Of a stretch of 35,716 nucleotides of DNA, positions 11,060 to 19,057 are shown in pieces. Each line of letters starts with the position of its first letter. Position 1 is the stretch's first letter. The notes beneath the pieces were generated by a model. That model made no database searches. It worked only from the letters and a program-made list of their open reading frames with translations, and had not been told where the DNA came from. Origin of the DNA: Hydrurus foetidus (lineage: Eukaryota); contig UYFQ01000789.1 of NCBI GenBank assembly GCA_900617105.1, positions 1 through 35,716 of the forward strand, written 5' to 3'. Made by a program: the position numbers and the translations under genes.

Positions 11060-11881
11060 TAGGGAGGAGACATCAGTGTCAATAGATGTGTGCGGTAGTG
11101 TCGTGGTGGCGGCCGCATACCCCATTGTAGCCGCTGTGGGCGTAAAATTAGGTGCTTGATTAAGAGTGTGTGCTGTAAGGTCTCGGTAGTTTTGTCCCCC
11201 AACGAGTGGATGGGCGACTAGATAAGAGTCGATAGCATGATTGATATGCGGCTGAGTCTTGACCGCTTCACGAAAAAGGTGACACTTGTCGAGTTCCGAC
11301 AGAGGTTGTTGCGCCTCCGAGAACTGATCGTGGATTTCCTGGTGCATTCCGATGAAATCTTGAATGGATTCGTTGGGTGTCATGGGGAGTGACAGTTGAA
11401 GACGAAGGTGCGTAAAATCGCTGCGATTGAGTGTGCCATGGAGATCGGACAGATGTGTCATTATCGTGAGCGCGGGCACATTGAGAAGACCAAAGAAAGG
11501 ATCGTGGAGAAGAACGATATCCGCAGGCTGGACACTGGCGATGAGCTGCGCTTTGAGCGACCGTAGGTTGTCGGTGACTAAGATATTGTCGGCGAGGCGC
11601 CTCTCCCAGACTTTGATAGTGAGAGCTGTGGCATTGGCGGCTGGCGTGGCAGGAGTAGTGATGATGGGTCGGGGAGCTATTTGATTAGGCAAATCGGGGT
11701 CGGCGTTGGGGACGACATTGCCAGGAAGTTGTTGCCACTGGGTATCGTTGACGATAAATCCAAGCAGGCCATGCTGGTAAACTGTGGTACATGCAGCACC
11801 GTAGGCAGCGACGGCTGCACGATAGAACAACCGAAATTGCTGGCGAGGTTGATCCATGAGAGTCACCGGGAACGAGGCCAT
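11060..11881 (-). CDS. gag: Copia A gag, N-terminal 274 codons
   Basis: ATG 24 nt downstream of the putative LTR. Gag-like HGLLGFIV...IMTHLSDLHG. Reads ...DVSSL|LHSPAFAA across the excised insertion. Confidence 0.85.
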
Positions 11882-11893
11882 GACGACAGAAAG

Positions 11894-11904
11894 TTAAATC
11901 CAAC
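11894..11904 (-). promoter_or_regulatory. Copia A PBS-position sequence GTTGGATTTAA, complementary to its own LTR (11974-11984)
   Basis: Directly follows the LTR-terminal ACA on the minus strand. 11/11 complement (13/14 extended) to an LTR-internal site. No TGG. Confidence 0.65.
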
Positions 11905-12256
11905 TGTTGATGCTGCTGGTTGCTGGTTTGAATGCCGCACCAAATGTGAAACGAATGAACGTGTTTCACGAGTGTTGGATTTAAATTATGCGAGATGAGA
12001 GTCAATGCGCATGACTAACTGTTGGTGCGATTGAGAGTGTTTGGAAATGATAGTTGCGTACGATGTGGATTGTATGTACGACATGTACGACATGCTTGGT
12101 ATGTATGTACGACATGCTTGGTATGTACGCTGCGTACGGTGTGTGTTACATGTGCTGTACGTGCGCCATGATATGTACGGTGTGTGTTACATGTGCTGTA
12201 CGTGCGCCATGGTATGTACGGTGTGTGTTACATGTGTTGTACGCGCGCTATCAACA
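11905..12256 (-). repeat. Copia A putative 5' LTR (352 bp)
   Basis: 7-bp perfect terminal IR TGTTGAT/ATCAACA, just upstream of gag, size similar to the other Copia LTRs. Partner LTR not visible. Confidence 0.72.
12134..12245. repeat. 41-bp tandem repeat (~2.7 copies) in the presumed U3 of the Copia A LTR
   Basis: GTACGGTGTGTGTTACATGTGCTGTACGTGCGCCATGRTAT starting at 12134, 12175 and 12216. Confidence 0.9.
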
Positions 12257-12368
12257 TTTTATTCCAAAACCGTGAAAATAATCTTCTTTTTGCCTCAAAA
12301 TCCGGTTTTGGGGACTGTTCCGCAAAAAAAAATCGTTTTTATTTGCGGCTCCGTCGTATTATAGTTAT

Positions 12369-12734
12369 TGTCGGAATAACTGTGTGTTAAGTAACCGTAT
12401 AAGTCATTACGTATGTACGCTTGATGACGTTTCACCGTCGTGTGCTGTGTGGGGGTCGCTACTCCACACGGTCCAAGTTCTTTTTAACCCAGGAACATCG
12501 AAAGCAATGAAAGTACACCATGTTTGACTGTGTGGGACAGCGTGATCTTGTCGGCTGTCTCCATGAACAATGTAAGACACGTTGCATTGTTAATTACCTT
12601 TAACCTCACAAACAGCAGAACTTTCTCTTCGAGCCGAGTCAGTTGCTAGCTACTGTGCAGAAGTTGCAGAAGGAGAGCGTACGCAGGAAGATCTAGTGTG
12701 ACATTCAGTGAGTCTGAACGCCAACCGTACGACA
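12369..12734 (+). repeat. Copia B 5' LTR (366 bp)
   Basis: TGTCGGAATA...CGTACGACA; repeat of 18558-18923. Confidence 0.97.
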
Positions 12735-12744
12735 TAATTAACAA
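12735..12744 (+). promoter_or_regulatory. Copia B PBS-position sequence TAATTAACAA, complementary to its own LTR (12587-12596)
   Basis: Immediately after the LTR CA. Exact reverse complement TTGTTAATTA inside the LTR. No TGG. Confidence 0.7.
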
Positions 12745-12768
12745 AAGCTTTCGAACTTGCAACTTGCA

Positions 12769-13881
12769 ATGAAAGGCAGAGGCAGAGGCCGAGAGCACAA
12801 TCCCGCAGGCGGTCGAGCAAACCCTGCCAACAGTGGCAGAGGGAATGCTGGCCGCGGTGCGAAGCCTCCACCAAGAACAGGAACGGTAGCCGCGATCGGC
12901 GCATTCCTGGATCTTGGAAGAGAGATGAACCATGGTAGCGTAAGCGCATGGATGAGAAAGTTTCGCGAATACACACGCGCAAACTATAAGTCCGATATCT
13001 GCGAGATATTCGGCAATGAGGGCATACCGGGTACTTACCCGCAATATGTCGCTCCGGTAGACATACCTCTAGATGCTGGATTTATGGTCGCTACTAAATG
13101 GAAGAGAGCACTAGAGCTCTACGACAAGCTAGTCCTGACACTAAGGGAAGACCGAAAACAAGTTTTCGGTCTCATGCTGGGACAGATTAGCGAGCAATCA
13201 AAGTCAACAATAAGAGAAACGGAATCCGGCATCACGGCTATGCTAGAGGAGGACCCGCTATTGCTACTCCGAGCAATCATTCTGACCCACCTGTCAGACC
13301 CGAGACTAGGTGCGGATCAGAATTTGCTGAGAGTACGCATGGCGTACGAGACCGTGAGAATGGAGCCGAACGACGCGTTAAAATTCTACTACCAGCGCTT
13401 CAAAGCGCTGAAGACTGGTTACGAGGACACCATGCGTGCCCTAGGGGTCATGCCCGAATACAACGAGGCCATGACCGCCCACAACGAAATACTATCTGGG
13501 ATGAAGTTCATGAACGGGTTAAATTCAGGGTACCGTCATTATGTAGAGTACTACGAGCACAGGCTCAAAGATTGGCCAGACACTCTCGAGGACGCGTACC
13601 TCGAGATGGCCAAGGTAACACCGAAGAAAGCAGCAGCTGCTGCTGCAACACCACCCAACCAGACCAATGTTTTCGCGACGAAAACGGCTGGAGGTGAGAA
13701 ACCAGCGGAGAAAGGTAAAGCCAATGGGAACGGGGGCAGAGGGAAGGGTGGGCGTACGTCGTACGGCACCCGTCCCGGGAACTGTAATCAGTGTGGTGTA
13801 GCCGGACACTACTCTTACGAGTGCACGGCCAAGGATAGCCAAGCGGGTGCATCAGCACCCAGTGGAAAGTCGGTAAACTAA
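12769..13881 (+). CDS. gag: Copia B gag
   Basis: ATG at 12769, RG-rich N-terminus, C-terminal CCHC knuckle CNQCGVAGHYSYEC, TAA stop. Confidence 0.92.
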   Translation: MKGRGRGREHNPAGGRANPANSGRGNAGRGAKPPPRTGTVAAIGAFLDLGREMNHGSVSAWMRKFREYTRANYKSDICEIFGNEGIPGTYPQYVAPVDIPLDAGFMVATKWKRALELYDKLVLTLREDRKQVFGLMLGQISEQSKSTIRETESGITAMLEEDPLLLLRAIILTHLSDPRLGADQNLLRVRMAYETVRMEPNDALKFYYQRFKALKTGYEDTMRALGVMPEYNEAMTAHNEILSGMKFMNGLNSGYRHYVEYYEHRLKDWPDTLEDAYLEMAKVTPKKAAAAAATPPNQTNVFATKTAGGEKPAEKGKANGNGGRGKGGRTSYGTRPGNCNQCGVAGHYSYECTAKDSQAGASAPSGKSVN

Positions 13882-16589
13882 CCGAGATACATTATTCCTC
13901 ACCTGTACACTCACCCACACCCACACCCGTACATACCCACGCACTTACATTCCCCCACACCCTTATACACACACGCACCGATCCTCCATGTTTGGCTGAT
14001 TCCACTAGCGGAATTGAAACATGTGATCATATTGTTTTTAGTGCTAATACATGTAGTATATATAACACGATTAGAAGTAGACACATACTGCTTGATACAT
14101 GTGCTGGTGAGTCGGTATTCAACGACTCATCCCTGCTGCACAGCGTCGAACACGCACCCACACCCATGATTGTTAGCGGGGTGAATCCGAAAGGAAAACC
14201 GCTAATAATTAAGAAACGTGGGGTGTCGGCGTTCGGCAATGTGTATTATAGCCCTGACTGTGCTGGTAATATATTATCTTTTGGTAATGCTGTACGTGAC
14301 TGTACTGATGTTAAGTACTTACATGACTATGATTGTTACATAGTGCAAGATGTCAGCGGAAAATATTTTTATAGATTCTCACGAGATGAGACTATGAATA
14401 TATACCAATGCAATCTTGACACTATGGTAACAGAATGCATGCCAATATTAGTTACGACAGTAGAACAGAAGAAGAAGAAGTATACAGTGAGAGAAGTTAG
14501 AGACGCGTCGTTAGCTAGAGACTATCAGCGTAGATTAGGATACGCTAGCGCAGCACAGACTATTAAGTTGATATCCCAAGGGAATTTGACTAATAGCAAA
14601 GTGACTGCGCGAGACGTACATAGAGCCATTGATATATGGGGACCGGACGTGGGATCCCTTAAGGGGAAGACCACTAGTCACCAGGCCAAGTTAGAAGAGA
14701 AGTTACCATTGATAGGTATAGAGTACAAGACAGAACAAATCATGTACGTAGATATAATGTTCGTCAATCAGGTACCATATCTAGTATCAGTTGTTCAGCC
14801 TATCGAGTTCCTATACGTTAGCAAGTTAGCTAACAGAGAACACAAGAGCATATGGAACAGTTTAAAGACTTCATTAGCAAGCATGGTAAAGTACAGATTC
14901 AGAGTTAAAATGATCCGAGTAGATGGCGAGGGTGCAATTAACACAGAATGGTTTCACAACAAAGTCGGTTTAAGAGGTATAGTATTAGACGTTACCGGAG
15001 CCGGAGAAGCCGTAGCCGTAGTCGAGCGTAAGATACGACACATAAAGGAGAGAGTAAGATCAGTGATTAATTCTCTGCCATTCTCATTAAACGAGAAATT
15101 AGAAGTGTGGTTAGTTAAGTATGCAGTCAGTAGAATTGTATTAGCTCCCACACGTAACTCACTTAACCACATCAGTCCGAGAGAAAAATTAACCGGAAGA
15201 AAGTTAGACGTAGATAAGGAGATTAAACATGGTTTTGGTGATTATGTCCAAGTGCATAATGATGTCATCGATAACTCTACCAAACCAAGAACAGCCGGGG
15301 CCATAGCACTTATGAGCTCCGGTAATCTAGAAGGTTCATGGTACTATATGCTATTAGCTAACGAACGTATTGTTAAACGTACCAAAGCGACTGTACTACC
15401 CATGCCTGATGAAGTAATATTACACTTACATGTATTAGCTTCAAAAAGAAAACCTGCCAATATTAAACAGCCTGTATTAGAGAATAGTAGTCACGCTGTA
15501 TTCGATGATGACGACGATGTTGAAGATGATAGTGCTTATATTGGTGATGTCGAATATGAAACTGTCGATGAAAATGCTAACGTAAACTACACCGACGAGA
15601 TTATTGAAGATAACGACCACAATGATGACGACACATGTCTTGGATCACAACTCGACATATCTGATGAAAATCACCCACCCACATTAGATGAGTACGTAAA
15701 TGACACACTATATGTGAATGACAATACATCCGACAATGACGAACTATATTATGATGACACACATGATGATACACATGTACCCACACCGAAATGTGATCAA
15801 GCACTGATAGATGACATATTTGGCATAAGTGATGACGAAGATGACTTCGCTGATGTAACTGTACACCCTGAAGTATTCACCCCACCCGATACCATAATAG
15901 ACACCGCACATGACTCACCTGTTATTAACTCACCCGTGCTGCGTAGAAGTGGTAGAAATCACCAACTTGGTAAATGGGATAAGAAATATGTTGGTAATCT
16001 GTTCTACAACCACACTCACCTGTACAAAATGACTGTTAATGAAGGTATTAATAAGTTAGGGGTGATAGCTGTTGATTCCATTACATCTGAATTGAAACAA
16101 ATGTGTGATAAGAATGTTTGGGAAGGTGTAACTTATGAATCCCTCACCCCACAACAAAAACGCACCATTATACCTAGTAGCATGTTCTTGAAAGAAAAGT
16201 ATACTGCTGATGGTATGTTCGAAAAACTGAAATCTAGACTAGTAGCCGGTGGGCACTTACAAGATAGAGATGTTTATAATAACGGCGCATCACCTACTGC
16301 TAGCACATCTAGTGTATTCATACTGACTGCAATTGCTGCTAGACAGAAGCGTGCTGTTGCCACTGTTGACTTCCCCGGTGCATTCCTGAATAGTGATATG
16401 CCGCTGACCGGAGACCATGTTGTATACATGCGTCTGAACAAACAACTGACTGCGGCACTAATTAAATTGATGCCACATACAATAAATACATTAACAACAA
16501 TGGAACTTGTATTGTTAAACTTAAAAAAGCGTTATATGGATGCGTTGAATCTGCTAAGCTATGGTATGATAAACTATCCAGTGATTTGA
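13872..16589 (+). CDS. pol: Copia B pol (protease-integrase-RT N-part), -1 frame relative to gag
   Basis: Frame open from 13839. ILLDTCAGES (PR); YVDIMFV / RVDGEG / VERKIR (IN); KLKSRLVAGG, VDFPGAFL (RT). One-base slip near 16465. Confidence 0.92.
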   Translation, partial: GKLTEIHYSSPVHSPTPTPVHTHALTFPHTLIHTRTDPPCLADSTSGIETCDHIVFSANTCSIYNTIRSRHILLDTCAGESVFNDSSLLHSVEHAPTPMIVSGVNPKGKPLIIKKRGVSAFGNVYYSPDCAGNILSFGNAVRDCTDVKYLHDYDCYIVQDVSGKYFYRFSRDETMNIYQCNLDTMVTECMPILVTTVEQKKKKYTVREVRDASLARDYQRRLGYASAAQTIKLISQGNLTNSKVTARDVHRAIDIWGPDVGSLKGKTTSHQAKLEEKLPLIGIEYKTEQIMYVDIMFVNQVPYLVSVVQPIEFLYVSKLANREHKSIWNSLKTSLASMVKYRFRVKMIRVDGEGAINTEWFHNKVGLRGIVLDVTGAGEAVAVVERKIRHIKERVRSVINSLPFSLNEKLEVWLVKYAVSRIVLAPTRNSLNHISPREKLTGRKLDVDKEIKHGFGDYVQVHNDVIDNSTKPRTAGAIALMSSGNLEGSWYYMLLANERIVKRTKATVLPMPDEVILHLHVLASKRKPANIKQPVLENSSHAVFDDDDDVEDDSAYIGDVEYETVDENANVNYTDEIIEDNDHNDDDTCLGSQLDISDENHPPTLDEYVNDTLYVNDNTSDNDELYYDDTHDDTHVPTPKCDQALIDDIFGISDDEDDFADVTVHPEVFTPPDTIIDTAHDSPVINSPVLRRSGRNHQLGKWDKKYVGNLFYNHTHLYKMTVNEGINKLGVIAVDSITSELKQMCDKNVWEGVTYESLTPQQKRTIIPSSMFLKEKYTADGMFEKLKSRLVAGGHLQDRDVYNNGASPTASTSSVFILTAIAARQKRAVATVDFPGAFLNSDMPLTGDHVVYMRLNKQLTAALIKLMPHTINTLTTMELVLLNLKKRYMDALNLLSYGMINYPVI

Positions 16590-17782
16590 TTAAACTCAAT
16601 TATACTGCTAATGAATATGACATCTGCGTATTTAATAGAACTGAATCAGATAACACACAAACCTCACTCGTAATTCATGTTGATGATATGATTATCACTG
16701 CTTCAAATGAATCTCGCGTTGACGATGTTATTCAGCAAATTGAAACTATATACCCCGGTCTAACTAAACACCGCGGCAAAGTTTTAAACTATATAGGTAT
16801 GACATTTGACTTTACTAAGGCAGGCAGAGTCAAGATGACTATGGAGGGATTTGTGCAAGACCTCATTGAGGGGTGTAAGGATATGCCTGGCAAGGCTAAC
16901 ACACCTGCACAATCTAACCTATTCACTGTACCTAACGAATGTGACTCACCCTTACCCGACAACTTGCGTGAGCGTTTCCATTCTATTACAGCGAAGCTAC
17001 TCTATCTGAGCAAGAGGACGAGGCCAGATATTCTGACAGCCGTAGCGTTCCTGACCAAGAGAGTGACTAAGCCCCAAAGGGACGACTATAATAAGTTGAT
17101 CCGTACGGTACAGTACATACGGGATACCCAGAACTTGGGTGTAACATTTGAAGCACATGAACCTATACATGTGATTGCATATGTCGATGCATCCTTCGCC
17201 ATACATCCCGATATGAAAAGCCACACAGGTTGCGTAATTACCCTGGGAAAGGGAGCGATTTACGCCAAGAGCGGCACACAGCGCTTGATGACCAAATCAA
17301 GCACGGAAGCCGAGCTCGTTGCACTTAGCGACTCCGCCAACCAAGTGCTATGGACACGAAACTTCCTACACTGTCAAGGACACCACCAACCACCTGCACT
17401 AATCCATCAAGACAACCAGTCTACCATACAGCTGATTCGGAACGGACGTTCGAACAGCGAACGTACGCGCCATATCGACATACGGTACTTCTTCTTACAC
17501 GACAGACTGAGCACCGGAGACATCGACATTCAATACCTACCTACACAAGACATGACAGCTGATATCCTAACCAAGCCACTACAAGGGGAACTATTCCGTA
17601 AGCTCAGGAAGGAGCTATTAAACACCACCACCCCATCCGTCACCTACGCAGAAGGCTGCAAGACTGAGGATAGCGCCAACAGCACCGTGACTTACTCACG
17701 AACAAAAGCCAACTTCAACCCCAACTTCCCCTACCCATCTAAACCTACAACGACTCAACGAGGAGTCAAGAAGAGAAATTGA
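16466..17782 (+). CDS. pol: Copia B pol, RT C-part and RNase H
   Basis: KALYGCVESAKLWY, IHVDDMII, YVDASFA, KSSTEAELVA, HQDNQS, HIDIRYFF, ADILTKPLQG. Confidence 0.92.
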   Translation: MDATYNKYINNNGTCIVKLKKALYGCVESAKLWYDKLSSDLIKLNYTANEYDICVFNRTESDNTQTSLVIHVDDMIITASNESRVDDVIQQIETIYPGLTKHRGKVLNYIGMTFDFTKAGRVKMTMEGFVQDLIEGCKDMPGKANTPAQSNLFTVPNECDSPLPDNLRERFHSITAKLLYLSKRTRPDILTAVAFLTKRVTKPQRDDYNKLIRTVQYIRDTQNLGVTFEAHEPIHVIAYVDASFAIHPDMKSHTGCVITLGKGAIYAKSGTQRLMTKSSTEAELVALSDSANQVLWTRNFLHCQGHHQPPALIHQDNQSTIQLIRNGRSNSERTRHIDIRYFFLHDRLSTGDIDIQYLPTQDMTADILTKPLQGELFRKLRKELLNTTTPSVTYAEGCKTEDSANSTVTYSRTKANFNPNFPYPSKPTTTQRGVKKRN

Positions 17783-18029
17783 GACCCGGCCGATTCACAC
17801 CATCGAATCGACCACCCCTGTTGCCCCTGTCATGACTGCTACACCTACTGCTGCCCTGTCATACCTACTGCCATTTCCCGTCCGATCTGCTACCCCCCGT
17901 CATTTCTGCTGCCCTTCCAACATTACTGCTGCCCATCCTTCTTTACCTACTACCCGACTGCTGCGCGCACTATCAGGAGATGTACGTACGGACAACACGG
18001 ACAAGACGTGCCCACACCCCACTGCGAGA

Positions 18030-18232
18030 GGATCCTGACCCAAGGACCCCGGACCCGGAATCTGAGAGAACCCCACACTGGAGCGAGAATTTGGAGCTAG
18101 GACACCATGGAGCGAGATATCGGAGCGAGGAGTACCATGGAGCGAGAGCCATGGAGCAAACATCAGGAGCGAGGACCCTGGACCCTGAATCGGATTTATA
18201 TGGAGCGAGGACTCTGGACTGGACCCTGGATC
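18030..18232. repeat. Short imperfect repeats (ATGGAGCGAG, GGACCCTGGA) in the Copia B 3' non-coding region
   Basis: GGAGCGAG occurs about six times and GGACCC several times within ~200 bp. Confidence 0.7.
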
Positions 18233-18547
18233 GAAATTCAGATTCGATCACTTTAATCAATCAGAAAGCTGAGAGGATTTTTATAGCATACTATTGTTTG
18301 ACTATAAAATCACTCCCGCATTGTTTAACTCTACTGCTCGTACGGTTTCAGCCAGAACGTACGATACTAATATTACCCTGTGTGTACTAACGTATCTACC
18401 TTCACCCTAAAGGTCAACCTCACCATTACCTTAACTCCCTACCCTAAAACATCATGCTGTGATACATGACTCCTAGTCAAAGGAGCAATTTTGAATTTTA
18501 TCTTTGCGTTTTAATCATCCACATAGCCCCTACCCGACGACTCACGC

Positions 18548-18557
18548 CATAGGGGTG
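18548..18557 (+). promoter_or_regulatory. Copia B PPT-position motif CATAGGGGTG
   Basis: Abuts the 3' LTR; the same 10-mer precedes the Copia C 3' LTR. Confidence 0.75.
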
Positions 18558-18923
18558 TGTCGGAATAACTGTGTGTTAAGTAACCGTATAAGTCATTACG
18601 TATGTACGCTTGATGACGTTTCACCGTCGTGTGCTGTGTGGGGGTCGCTACTCCACACGGTCCAAGTTCTTTTTAACCCAGGAACATCGAAAGCAATGAA
18701 AGTACACCATGTTTGACTGTGTGGGACAGCGTGATCTTGTCGGCTGTCTCCATGAACAATGTAAGACACGTTGCATTGTTAATTACCTTTAACCTCACAA
18801 ACAGCAGAACTTTCTCTTCGAGCCGAGTCAGTTGCTAGCTACTGTGCAGAAGTTGCAGAAGGAGAGCGTACGCAGGAAGATCTAGTGTGACATTCAGTGA
18901 GTCTGAACGCCAACCGTACGACA
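18558..18923 (+). repeat. Copia B 3' LTR (366 bp)
   Basis: Repeat of 12369-12734, followed by TSD GTTAT. Confidence 0.97.
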
Positions 18924-19057
18924 GTTATGACCGGCACAATATACCGTTCATTCAACAACATGAAGGTCGAACTTGAAGTGCAGTCGTCACACGCTCATTG
19001 GCAGCAACTAACTCATCGAGGAGCATCCAAAGAAAATTAGTGCTGTCCTCGCCGGTC

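Larger units (their letters stand above)
1..12256 (-). mobile_element. Ty1/Copia LTR retrotransposon A (diatom CoDi-like lineage), interrupted by a Gypsy insertion; 3' LTR lies beyond the left edge
   Basis: Minus-strand order gag-PR-IN-RT-RNaseH (Copia order). Putative 5' LTR 12256->11905 with 7-bp terminal IR TGTTGAT...ATCAACA. No second LTR copy inside the window. Confidence 0.9.
12369..18923 (+). mobile_element. Full-length, recently inserted Ty1/Copia LTR retrotransposon B
   Basis: Two 366-bp LTRs with no differences seen by eye, TSD GTTAT (12364-12368 / 18924-18928), gag then PR-IN-RT-RH. Confidence 0.97.

Noticed and set aside
12041..12390. Cys/Val/Tyr-rich ORFs
   Set aside because: Translations of the 41-bp LTR tandem repeat.
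12369..12734. Hammerhead ribozyme in LTRs (retrozyme-like) as a source of the primer end
   Set aside because: No CUGANGA...GAAA core with proper stems found by eye in any LTR.
17980..18390. 136-aa ORF after Copia B pol as a possible env-like gene
   Set aside because: Non-ATG start, built from short repeats, no recognisable domain.
18998..19057. TTG-initiated N-terminal extension of IspD in the ORF track
   Set aside because: Eukaryotic gene; the ATG at 19058 begins a proper signal peptide.
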